A stretch of 63,996 nucleotides of DNA, the filler included, from an uncultured bacterium (GTDB lineage: Bacteria > Auribacterota > CAZIXI01), in the NCBI GenBank assembly GCA_964543115.1. It is 8 parts of 8 records of this genome, joined end to end, with 100 filler letters (N's around TTAATTAATTAA, not from the genome) between each part and the next. Parts side by side here need not be neighbours in the genome. Positions count along the whole stretch, not along the records: positions 1 to 8,398 come from CAZIXI010000152.1; positions 8,499 to 16,888 come from CAZIXI010000153.1; 6 more parts are not named here. One strand, written 5' to 3'. The translations under genes were made by a program, and so were the position numbers. The notes beneath the pieces were generated by a model. That model saw nothing but the letters and a program-made list of their open reading frames with translations. It was not told the origin of the DNA and searched no databases. Positions 1 through 11,400 of the stretch are shown here, piece by piece. How positions within the stretch are numbered: the first letter of the stretch is position 1; every line of letters starts with the position of its first letter.

Positions 1-3000
1 ATTAGTGAGATAGTTATCCTTGAAGAGGAGAAGGCGAATCTGCCGCCGGCAGCAAGCGCCGGGGCCTCACCAACAAGCGGGCCAGCACCGTTAACCGTGG
101 AATTCACGGGAACAGGCACAGACGAGGATGGCACGATTGTTAAGTACGAGTGGGATTTTGACGGGGACGGGACGTATGACTGGTCTGACGCATACTCTGG
201 TGATACCACATATACTTACTCAGAGATTGGCACATACAACGCCGTGTTGCGGGTGACGGATAATGGCAGCTTTACCGGCACGGATACAGTGGTTATAAAA
301 GCATTAGACACAACCCCTCCGACAATAGCAATAACCTCACCGGCAGATGGTTCAAAGACGGCTGCCGACAGTATCACTGTTTCCGGTACGGTAAGTGATA
401 ATACGGATATTGCTCAGGTAACCGTAAATAGTAAAGCGGCTACAGTAACCGGAAACACATTTACCGTAAATGGGATTGCCCTGAGTGAGGGCACCAACAC
501 CATTCTGGGCCAGGCTACAGATAGCGCCGGAAATACCAGTTCCGCGTCCATAACCGTAATAAAGGTTACAGCAAGCGGGGACTTCATTCGAATAGTGCCC
601 ACTGACGGGGGAGAACATGGATCTGGCACTACTTATGCAGTATCATTAGTCGGCAAGTCAGTGGGTTCACTAACATGGTCTGATGCATTCTCAAACGAAT
701 TGGAAATGGGGCCTGACGGCACCATCGGTCAATCAGAAGATCCGTATGTTGGCCGCTCATGGTCTGACCAGACAGGCGTGATAACCTATGATTTGTCCAA
801 ATTAAACTTTTCTGAATTTTCCGGGATAGATTATATTAAGCTGGAGTTCGATTCCCACGAAAACCTGACGCCGAATGGATCGGGTACATTGGTTTTGAAA
901 AATGGAAATACTGTTATTAGCACCATAAACTGTACCGGAGGATTCGGCCCCTGGAGTTTTATTATATCTTTTACTGATTTTATTAACGCTACATCAAAAG
1001 TATTTACTGTTGAAATGACACTTTCCCCGGTTCACTATGGTCAATGGCATTCACATGGAGTGTCTGTTAACCTAACTGTAAATCCGCCGACCGCCAAGGC
1101 AACTGCTGAGCCAACGAGTGGAACAGCTCCTTTGGAAGTTACATTTACAGGAACGGGAACGGATACCGATGGAACAATTGCTAAGTACGAGTGGGACTTT
1201 GACGGCAATGGGACATATGACTGGACTTCCGCCTCCTCCGGGAATACCACCTATACTTACCCGGAAGCCGGCACATACAACGCCTCTTTGAGAGTGACAG
1301 ATAACGATAGTTTAACTGACACAGATACAATAACTATCTCTGTAACGAAAGATGCTGCCCCACCGGTGATTAAAATAACATCTCCCGTTGACGGAAGCAC
1401 TGTGCCGGAAGCGGAAATTGAAGTCACCGGCACCGTTAATGATCCAACAGCAACGGTTAAGGTAAACGGCAAGAAAGTATCGCTTGTGGATGGGAAGTTC
1501 AGTACGACTATTACTCTTTTATTAGGGAAAAATAAAATAAAGGCAGAGGCAACTGATCCCCTGGGAAATAAAAGTTATGACAAGGTTACTGTGACCTATA
1601 CCCCGGAAGAGCCTGCTGAACCGGTAATCGATGTATCACCGCTGGAATTGCCAACAGTAACACTCGAAGAGGAAGAGGAAGAGACCAAGACCCTTACTGT
1701 TAAAAACATCGGTACAGCAGAATTAACATTTAATATCACCCTGGCTAATGACTCAGAGTGGCTTTCGGCGGAGTCCTTAACGGATAGTCTTCTGCCGGAA
1801 GAATCAACCACAGTAACGCTAACCTATACGGCTGAAGTTGAACCTGGTGAATACACAGAAACCCTTTCTATCAATTCTAATGACGAGGATAATACACCAA
1901 TAACAATTGAACTCGAACTAGTCGTATTGGAAGGAGCAGAAGGCCAAAAATGGTACCTGGCGGAAGGCTGCACCAGCGGTTTTGACACCTGGGTATTAGT
2001 AATGAACCCCAATGATATTGACGCCGAATGTGAAGTAACCTTCATGAAAACAGAGGGGGACCCCATAGAACACAATATCACCGTGCCGGCCACCGGCAGA
2101 TATACCGTACACGTAAACGAATACGTGCCCAATGCCTCCGTATCCACAATGGTAGAATGCATTAACGGCCTTGAAGTAATCGTTGAACGAAGCATGTACT
2201 GGAGTTCCGGCAATGTGCCCTGGGCCGGCGGTCATTGCACGATGGGAGTAACCGAATCTTCTCCCAGCTGGTATCTTGCGGAAGGCTGTACATCGGGAAA
2301 ATTTGACACCTGGGTACTGGTTATGAACCCAAATGATCTAGACGCGGAATGCCTGGTAACCTTTATGCTCAGTGACGGCAGCACGGTTAGCGGAAACATC
2401 AATGTCCCCGCAACAAGCCGCTATACAATATGCGTCAAGGAATATGTAGAGGCAGATTCAGTATCAACCAAAATAGAAAGCACCAATGACGTTCAGATAA
2501 TCGCTGAGCGCGCTATTTACTGGAACAGCGGCAGCAACAAATGGCAAGGCGGACATTGTAATGTGGGGGTAACCGGACCGGCCGTCACCTGGCACCTGGC
2601 CGAAGGTAACAGCACCGGCAGCTTTGACACCTGGGTACTGATTATGAATCCTGACACCATTGATGCCGAATGTTTATTAACCTTTATGGATGAGAATGGA
2701 ACAACCGTACAAGCCCAGGCAAGCGTGCCGGCCACCGGCCGTTATACGGTTTACGCTAATTCCCATGCCCCCGACAAAAAATTTGCCACCAAGATAGAAA
2801 CCACAAACGGCGCCAAGATAATTGTTGAACGTTCGGTTTACTGGGATTCCGAGGGTGTACCCTGGGCCGGCGGCCACTGCAGCATGGGCGTAGCGGAAAC
2901 CGCCAGTACCTGGTACATGGCCGAAGGCTGCACCAGCGGCCACTTTGAAACTTGGGCCTTAATAATAAACCCTTTTTCTGAGAGCGCCGAATGTGAAGTA

Positions 3001-3267
3001 ACATTCATGAAATCGGACGGTGAAAACATAATAGAAAACATAACCGTGCCCGCCACCAGCAGGTATTCTGTCTTTGTAAACGACTTTGTGGACAAACAAT
3101 CAGTTTCCACAAAAGTAGAAAGCAAGAATGGAATCGGCGTTATGGCCGAACGGGCAATGTACTGGAAGAAAGGCAACAAAAAGGACTACGGCGAGGCGGA
3201 AAACGGCGGCAAAAAAGAAGACAGCTATCTGGACGGCCACTGCAGCCGCGGCTGGGCAAAGAATTAA
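1..3267 (+). CDS. Large surface/secreted protein, 5'-partial: [PKD + Ig-like] x2 flanking a unique beta-rich domain, a choice-of-anchor-D/ASH-like Ig domain, and three C-terminal WYLAEG (DUF5719-like) repeats
   Basis: The frame is open from base 1 (ISEIVILEEEKANLPPAAS...). There are two PKD motifs (KYEWDFDGDGTYDW...TYNAVLRVTDN; KYEWDFDGNGTYDW...TYNASLRVTDN), each followed by D..PP.I.ITSP.DGS. Three ~105-aa repeats W(Y/H)LAEG..F.TW.L..NP...ER..YW..GGHC follow. Confidence 0.85.
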   Translation: MSEIVILEEEKANLPPAASAGASPTSGPAPLTVEFTGTGTDEDGTIVKYEWDFDGDGTYDWSDAYSGDTTYTYSEIGTYNAVLRVTDNGSFTGTDTVVIKALDTTPPTIAITSPADGSKTAADSITVSGTVSDNTDIAQVTVNSKAATVTGNTFTVNGIALSEGTNTILGQATDSAGNTSSASITVIKVTASGDFIRIVPTDGGEHGSGTTYAVSLVGKSVGSLTWSDAFSNELEMGPDGTIGQSEDPYVGRSWSDQTGVITYDLSKLNFSEFSGIDYIKLEFDSHENLTPNGSGTLVLKNGNTVISTINCTGGFGPWSFIISFTDFINATSKVFTVEMTLSPVHYGQWHSHGVSVNLTVNPPTAKATAEPTSGTAPLEVTFTGTGTDTDGTIAKYEWDFDGNGTYDWTSASSGNTTYTYPEAGTYNASLRVTDNDSLTDTDTITISVTKDAAPPVIKITSPVDGSTVPEAEIEVTGTVNDPTATVKVNGKKVSLVDGKFSTTITLLLGKNKIKAEATDPLGNKSYDKVTVTYTPEEPAEPVIDVSPLELPTVTLEEEEEETKTLTVKNIGTAELTFNITLANDSEWLSAESLTDSLLPEESTTVTLTYTAEVEPGEYTETLSINSNDEDNTPITIELELVVLEGAEGQKWYLAEGCTSGFDTWVLVMNPNDIDAECEVTFMKTEGDPIEHNITVPATGRYTVHVNEYVPNASVSTMVECINGLEVIVERSMYWSSGNVPWAGGHCTMGVTESSPSWYLAEGCTSGKFDTWVLVMNPNDLDAECLVTFMLSDGSTVSGNINVPATSRYTICVKEYVEADSVSTKIESTNDVQIIAERAIYWNSGSNKWQGGHCNVGVTGPAVTWHLAEGNSTGSFDTWVLIMNPDTIDAECLLTFMDENGTTVQAQASVPATGRYTVYANSHAPDKKFATKIETTNGAKIIVERSVYWDSEGVPWAGGHCSMGVAETASTWYMAEGCTSGHFETWALIINPFSESAECEVTFMKSDGENIIENITVPATSRYSVFVNDFVDKQSVSTKVESKNGIGVMAERAMYWKKGNKKDYGEAENGGKKEDSYLDGHCSRGWAKN

Positions 3268-3290
3268 TTAAATTAGAAATAGAGGAATGG

Positions 3291-3334
3291 GGACAGCCCC
3301 TATTTAAAATTAAATAGGGGCTGTCCTTTTTTTT
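3291..3334 (+). terminator. Rho-independent terminator (may also be a REP-like GGGACAGCCCC palindrome)
   Basis: Perfect 16-bp stem GGACAGCCCCTATTTA / TAAATAGGGGCTGTCC, 4-nt loop, then T8, directly after the stop of the upstream CDS. Confidence 0.85.
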
Positions 3335-3369
3335 GTATTGATTGATTTGGTATTGATTTGTCAAGGTGG

Positions 3370-3398
3370 TTGACATAGGGGGATTTTTGTGCTATATT
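3370..3398 (+). promoter_or_regulatory. sigma70-type promoter with extended -10
   Basis: TTGACA (3370-3375), 17-bp spacer, TGc-TATATT (3390-3398), about 60 bp upstream of ATG 3462. Confidence 0.75.
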
Positions 3399-3461
3399 GT
3401 ATAGGCGCACCGTTTATCGTCTATCTATCATATATATATCTTCAGACATTGAGGCATAGAA

Positions 3462-6400
3462 ATGTGTAAAAAGATTATTAGTTTTACTCTTATCATCTGT
3501 CTTATGGCAAACGGGCTGTTGTACGCTCGCCCGGAAAATACCCGCCAACAAACACTGGCCACTAAAACCTCCTTGCGCAGTAAACCACTCCGGGAATCGT
3601 TCCGACTGAAATACCTGCAGGCCACTGCCGAAGAACCGGTACCGGTCTATAAACGTAATTATGAGGAAAGGGAGATCTTTTCCCTGCGCGACAATACCGG
3701 CGCGAGGATAACTATCCATGTCTATCCCCTTTTCGGCGTAAAAGAACAACAGTACAGGGAAATCACTATTGTCAGTGAGGACCGGGAACGAACATTCGGT
3801 TACGTGAATATAGACCGGGGGAAGATAAAAGTCCAGCAAACCGGCACCCTGACCCTGGATATTGATAAGCTGAGAAAGATCTTAGGCCTGCCAACACTGG
3901 AAGTTGATAAGAAATTAGCGATCCACGCGGACTTGATCGATACGTTGGAAGTGATTAAACAAGCCTTCCCGGAAATATGGGACTTTAAGGAAGATAAATT
4001 CGGTGATACCCTGGCGGTTATCTACCGGGAAGGAGATTACTTTGTTTCGGTGGCTCTGCGGGATGAGAAATTTGTGCGCGGCAAACTGCGGATGCTGGTG
4101 GCCGAAGGCATCAAACACCGCGGGGCCTCATTAGGAGAATTCTGCGTGCGCGTTATCCGCGCGCTTGTTGACCGTTGTGAGACTGAGGAAGAACTGGCCG
4201 CGCTGGAACATAAAATCAGGGATTACATTTATGATTATTACGAATACATTAAGAACAAGGAAAGTTTATACAACTCATATATTGCCGCTTCCGGCATCAA
4301 AAGGCAGCTGGAACGAAAACGCATGCTCTTCGGCCTCAATAAAAAATTCCTGCCAGCCTGGGATAATGTTCAGCAGATACTGAAACCGGCATTCTTCGTG
4401 ATGCGCGGCGTTAATCACGCCTTCGTGCTTTTCTGGAAACTGCTGGGACTGTTCCCGCGCTGGCTGAAGACACGGCGGGTATTTATCCACCACCTCAATT
4501 CCCCGGCAGGTGAATTGATCAAATGGATCAGTGATATTGAGACACGGCCGCTGGTCGTACGCGTGATCGCCAAAAGTATTTTTTACGGTTTTGCCCTAGG
4601 CGGCGCGGCTACTATCGCCGCCCTGTTCGGCCTGATCGGTTATTCCGGCCTGCTCTATGTTTTTCTTTTCGGCAGTGTGAGCGGCGGTATCTGGGGCATC
4701 GTCTCCCACCGGTTGGATATCTTCCCGGCGGAAACCAGCCAGCAGAAAGGATTGCGCAATCTTGCTGAAACATTCTTCTGGAGCGCGCTCTCACTAACCT
4801 TTATATTTATTGCCGCTTACGCGGTAAACAGTAATGTGCTCTTTAATCTGCTTACCCTGTCCCTGGAATTATTTATCTTCCGCAGCCTGCTCCAATATTC
4901 CTATACCAAACAATACATGGATAATATATCTGAAGAATACAGAAGCGTCCTCCAGTACGCGCGTGATTTTATCCTCTGGCTCTACACCGGAGTGAGCGTT
5001 CTCCTTCCCGTTCCCTGGACCGAATATGTTTTTAAAAACCTGCTGGCCGCCGGCCTGCACATTTCGCAATGGTGGCTGTGGGGGACTATAATTATCGGCG
5101 GTATCGTCCTCATCTACACCGCCTACCACCTGGGGAAAAGGTTCTTTGTCCGGGAAAAACGGCCGGAGGATATCATTGAGCGGCTGAAAAAGAACCGGAA
5201 TATGAATAACGAACTGCGGGAATTTGTCCGGCAGTTTTCCGCGGGCAGCCTGTTGTATCAGGGACAGGTACTGGACGGCGCCGCCTTCACCCAACTGGCC
5301 CGCCGGCACCGGGGAAAAGAACTAATGCTCGTTCTGCACAAAGAGCTGGGAATGGAGATGTGGCTGGCCTGGAAGGTGGCTGATATTAGTGACCGGATAA
5401 TCCGTTATTACGGTGGAATCAGGCCGCGGATGCTGCAGAGCATGATTGTCTCTGAAGAGGTAGAAAAATTAGTTACCAGAATAGTAAAAGGCCGGCTGCG
5501 GAGGAAACGGAAAAAAGGCACGGACCAGCCGGATTCACTCCGGGAATGCCTGGCGACGGCAGCAAAGGGCAGCCAATCACTGGAAAGATTTATTGCCGCG
5601 CGCTTTCCCCTGCGGAACCAGCGCACAGTGACTGAATGCGCGAAATATATAATGGATGTCTATTCACGGTTGCCGAAACCCACAGAAGAGGATTTCCTCA
5701 CCGCGCTCGTCGAGTTTGACCGCGGGGACGCGTTTATCATCCCTTCCCTGAGGAAAACCGCCGGCCGGGAAATACGCAGGCTCTATGGCAGCGGGGAATC
5801 CTGGTCCGGTAAAGAAGGGATTCTCCTGCGAACGGTTTGCCGCAAACTGAAATTGCGCAAAGGGGAAAACATAATTGCCGCCTTTGACGCCTGCCTGGAT
5901 GTTCTGGGTAGGGAAAAAGGGCTGGCCTGGCTGCGCCGGGCAAAGAACAGCAGGGAAGTCGAAGAAAATGAAACAATATCAAGAACACTTTTTATCTTTC
6001 TGCAGGGCATACAAGATGACCCCCTGAGCTATGAACCGCAGACTGTGCAGGATGCCGCCCAGGCGCTGCGTGTATGGAAAACGCTGCACCGGCAGGCAAC
6101 CTACGCGGAAGCCAATACCGCCTTGCTTGATATTTATGTAACCTATATCCGCGACACATTTCCGGAGGCCCGCTCCTGGGGCTGGACCAGACTGTGGTCT
6201 GAATATTACGGCCGGGAGTCCGGCCTGAGCCAGGCACTGCTCGATGTTTATCAAAAAATTCAGCTTGAGGGTGCGGCACAGATAGATGAATACGCGCGGG
6301 AGAGAGCGGTTTATTATCGCCTTTCCGCAGAAGAAACTGAGCGGTTATTTACCGCCCTGCCAGTAGAGGATTTCCTCCTGCTTGCCCGGATGCTTATTCC

Positions 6401-8398
6401 TGATCTCGCGGACAGCTATGGTTTAGTATCCACTATGGATATAGAAGAGAAATTAATTGCCGGTATGCAGATTCCAGTTGACGGCAGGCTGCCGGACAAG
6501 AAATTATTCAGGGATTTGTTCTGCCCGCTCTCCGAATGGTATTTTGTCCGGGACAAGCAGATGGTAACGGCGTTCAATCAATCGCTTAATAATTATATTA
6601 TTCCGCTTATAGTCAATAAATTAACTGAAAGCGGAATCATCCATACTGAACAGGAAGCGGAAGCGCTTACCGCGGAACTTCAACAGTTTGCCGCTGTGTT
6701 GGCCCGGGTACGCCTCCCCGAAAGTGACCGGCCGCTGTCTGTCTCTATCGCCCTACCGGATATAAAAAAGCTATTTTTTGATTATGTCCTGCTGCGGATA
6801 GGCGACCGAAAACCTCTGCTTGATACACACGCCAGCCGTAATAAAAAACTGTTTAACTTGATATTCTGGTTTATCAATGAATCAGTTGAGGATGTTGGTC
6901 TGGAAGACGCCCTGCGCTGCGGCCTGATCCAGACAGATTACCGGCAAAAAATCGCTGATACAGCCAGAGACGTCCGGGACTGGGTTGCCGACCGCTGCCA
7001 GGAGGGGGTGCTGGAACCACACTCCCGGAGGTGGCTCACACAATTTGAAGAAGAACTGTCACAGTCGGGGCCGCAGGAATTACTGATTATTCTTAACGAG
7101 CATCAACTAACCGTGGGCCTGCTCTTCTGGCTGCAGAAAAAGCTGAAAGACAATCCTGAACTAACGGTAAAAATACTGCCGCAGAAATCACTCTGGGAAA
7201 CAAATACCAATACCTATGACATCAACAATATCCTTAATATGATCCGCCGCCGCCCGCCGGAAAAACGGGGACTCAATGACCTGCTGCACCAGCTCAGCAC
7301 CGGCCGGGTAGAGATTCTTGACGATATGATCCCCGGCCTGCTCTGGACGAATACGCCGGATGCCGGCAGAATCGGCGATTTACTGCAGTCGACGTCTCTA
7401 TTACTGGCAGTGGGCTGGGACAATTTCCTCACCTTCCAGGGTCTGCGTCGGGACTGCTATTTTATGTTTGCCGCCGGCAGAGAGGATATTGCCGCGGTTT
7501 CCGACTGCCGGGAAAACGAACTGGTGTTTACCAAAGTCTGCGGCGGGCTCCCCGCGCATAATCCAGCGGACTATCAACTAAACAGGTATCTGCGTGTTTC
7601 CGGCTGGAAGGCCTACACGGAACTACTGGCCATCTTCGACGGTAACGAAACACTGCTGCATATGTGGGTTTGTCAGCTGGCAGAGGAAGACAATCTATCC
7701 CGCCTTGATGTGTTCCGGAAACGTTCATTATATCAGAATTCCCAGAAGCGTTTTGGTGAACTGGCCTTCTCTTCCACCAATCCCTTTTTAAGAGAAACCT
7801 CCAAACAGGCCCTGGTAAGAAACGCGGAGTCCTTTGGCTGTTCCATTACCTCCATCAATGAACCGGACCAGGAAATAGAGCTTAACGGTATTCGAATCAA
7901 CGCCGGCGACCTGATTGAGGAATTCGGTGCCATAACCTGTATTGACGCGGGTGAAGGCAGATGGATTTTAGAATCAGCAACCGGTGAAATGCTACTCCTG
8001 GAAATACTGCCCGCGGAAGATAAAAAGACTTACCTCAGGATCGGGGATAAGGCTTACCGGGTTAGCGATGGAGCAGTTATTAATCTGGCGGAAGTACGAC
8101 TAAATCCAATGCTCTGGGTAGGCAACAGTGTACTGGTCAGGTTCTGCAATTTCAATTTAGGCGCAGAAGAAGAAGAAACCGAGGACATTGATTCCCTCGA
8201 TGTACCTACAGATGTCTACCGGCAGATACCGCAGCTCAGGCCGCAGGAATTGTTCGTTGAGGCGCGTGACCAGCTGGAGGCCGAGCACGATTATTTCACG
8301 CGCCTGCACTGGATCGTTGTGCTGCTGGCCTCACCTGATAATGAAGATGTGCTGCTGGCAATAGCGGAATTTCGCAGATTCCTGGATACTGCTCCTGA
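3462..8398 (+). CDS. Very large exported/membrane protein, 3'-partial: signal peptide, multi-TM block, helical region, degenerate DUF89/ARMT1-like domain
   Basis: N-terminal MCKKIISFTLIICLMANGLLYA signal. About 7 hydrophobic segments at ~4390-5135. A DUF89-like pattern at ~6780-7550. No stop before the contig end. Confidence 0.75.
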
Positions 8399-8498
8399 NN
8401 NNNNNNNNNNNNNNNNNNNNNNNNNNNNNNNNNNNNNNNNNNTTAATTAATTAANNNNNNNNNNNNNNNNNNNNNNNNNNNNNNNNNNNNNNNNNNNN
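8399..8498. other. Artificial contig linker
   Basis: 44 N + TTAATTAATTAA (stop in all six frames) + 44 N. Confidence 0.98.
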
Positions 8499-11400
8499 CC
8501 ACTCTTCCTTGGTAAAACCCGCGTTAAAACTGCTGTGGCCGGAAAAACTCTCTACCTTGGTGAAATTCCACAGCCGGCCCTCATCATCATAACCGGCCCC
8601 ATATTGCTGTTCCTCTTTTCTCGTATATTTAGTTCCCAGAACAGCCTTGAAGCCGGAAATACTATTGGGATCTGCTATATATTCAACAAACTGTCCTTCC
8701 TCTGTCAGCACAGTACTGTACTCGGCCCATTGATTAATTGAATCATAAGCAAAAATAACGCCATAATTAACTGTTACCCCGCCAAAACTATTAACCTCTT
8801 TTTCGTACCAGGATTTAAGTTTACCCTTATCTTCTCCTTCTTCGTATATCTCCGCTTGTCTGATGGTATATGTAGTATCATTTATATGCTCTATATGGCC
8901 GTTTACCATCAGCGGACCGCTGGTAGCAGTAATCTTTGTATAGCCGGCTATCTGACCGATAGAATCATAAGTAATGCCGCTCTGTTTTTCATACATGGTA
9001 AAATTTATGTCCTGCTCTTCACCCCGCCAATCAAGATCAGTACCGAATACCCTTGTTTTAGATTCCTTTTCCCTTAACTGACCCAGACTATTATACGCGG
9101 CTGTCATCCCGCTTTTTGACGTTAAATCGATCTTATGCCAGATATTGTTTTCGTCCAGGTATTTGCCCTTCTCAGTGGAAACGGATTCACTGATCACAAC
9201 ATTTCCCTTGCCATCCACAACAACCTTACTATAAGACACAGAAACGCCTTCATTAACCTTTTTAGTATAATATCCTGTCGGGGACCATTCAAACACGGTT
9301 CGTTCACTCAAGCTGGTACTCATATCAAACGACTCCACAACCATGTACTCTCCTACCTTCACATATTCACTCAAACTGACGCTTGCCCCCTCGCCAAGCA
9401 GGGCTTCCAGTTCTTCTTGGTCTATTCCGGCAATGCCCATGGCCAGGATTTCATCCACTAATTGATTGATCTCTGCCATGGATTTCTCTTGTTCATCCGC
9501 AACAGACAAGGTGAGCAGATGCTTTCCGGAATTATCCAGAAGCAGAACATGGCTGCTGCCGCCGTATTCACTATACACCTTGGTATTACCTTCTTCATCT
9601 ATTTCCCAGGTTGATTCAAAGATCGTATTACCGTATTTGTCGGTTATTTTTGTGGCCATACCGTATTCATCGTATTCAATTTCACAACCGTCCCAGGTAG
9701 TTTCACTCTTTAGGCTATAGCCCTCGATCTCCTGTTCCCTTTCATTTTCCGCCAGAAAAGATAACGCACTGCTTAGCGCGGCACCTAACGTGCTTTTGGC
9801 AAGTTCACCTTCGGCAAACTCTGCTCCCCCGTCCGTGGCGCTGCCCTGCCAATCCGTCTGGCTCTCCAAGGGTGTGACCTCCACCGGACAAGAAGGACTG
9901 ATATCGTTACCGTCCTTGTCCTGGAATTTCCCACCGGCAAATTTGATATCCCCTTCTTCGTGCTTGTTACCATTCGCGTCTATGAGCTTACCGTCTTCAT
10001 CCACCTCAAACATACCCATAGCAACTACTTCCGTTGATGCAGTAACACCATCGAGATCCTCTCCATCCTGTTCCTTAAGATCAGCCTCCTTAGTGCCAAA
10101 ACCGTATTTAACAACATAATGTTTACCGTTAACCTTTATATCGGTGAGCGTAAAGCCCAGGCTCTGTTCACCGTCAACCGTTGTCACTCCGTCCTTAAAC
10201 CAGAGCTCCATATCCATATGCTTATTCTGAAATTTAACGTAACCGTCTTCTTTAACCACGTCAAAATTAGCAATCAGCATGGCGATCATCATCAGACTAC
10301 CCTGATCATTAACCTGCGATCCCGCATCGCCGTTTAACTGCATGGCAAACAGCTCCTCACCGTTTCCATCTTTCACCGAAATCGTAAAGGTCATCACATT
10401 ATCGCTTTGGTTATGAAAGCTTTCCCCTCCGGGCAGGTCACGAAACAGCTCTATTTCCATGTTATTAACTTCTTCGTAATCAGGAACCGTATAGCCATTT
10501 TCCTTACAATAGGCGATATATTCTTTGGCTTTATCATCTACATCAATGTTATCATCATCTATACACTTATCTTCACCATCTAAAACACCATTACCATTTG
10601 TATCCTCAAAGGTTAAGGTCGTAACAACCTTCCCTCCCTGTCCACCAATCACTTCCGTGTGCTGTATCGAAAAACTCCCGTTGCTGTTATAGATCACATC
10701 ATAGGTTGTCCCATCTATCGTCACCGTATCATCACCCTTGGTGTCACTGGTCATATAGGACACGCTGAAAAGTTCATTGCCGTCTTTATCCACCATCTCC
10801 GTAATCTTTCCCTCTTCATCAACCAACAGCTTATTGCCATTTTCCGGATCAGTGGGATTATCGGTATAATAAAGAATATTACCATCCGCGTCTTCCTTTG
10901 CTTCCCAGCCGCCTTCGCCCATCGCCGCCATAATCTGCTCATTCATCTTATCGTTGGCACTCTGGGCATAATCTATCTCCTCTACGCTCCCGTCCTCAAG
11001 GAAACGGTGGCCCTTATAAATATATTGCGTGGCCATACCGTTAGGCAACCTGACTATATGTTCAGTATAGTCTTCAAGTAATTCCCCATTAGCGTCATAC
11101 ATCTTGTGCTCAATATTAACCGGAAGCAAAACCGCGTCTATCTTACCGTCACCGTTGACATCCTTCGTGCCCGGAAACACCTTATTTTCATACTCCTGCA
11201 CATGTTTACCCTGCGACTTGCCTTCAATCCAGGTCTCCGTTGTGGTTTCCACAAGGTTCCCCTGCTCATCCAGCACGGAAGTCGTTTGCTCCGTAAGGTC
11301 ATTATTTTTATTATACTGGCTGTATATGGTGCTTAATATGTTTCCATTCATATCGCGGATGTTCTCATTTACCGTCTTATTTATTAGATTAGCGCCGGCA

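Noticed and set aside
8399..8498. TTAATTAATTAA flanked by N runs (7 occurrences) as a biological repeat
   Set aside because: Identical 44N-12-44N structure; this is a standard all-frame-stop contig joiner. ORFs in the track that run into these Ns are truncated artefacts.
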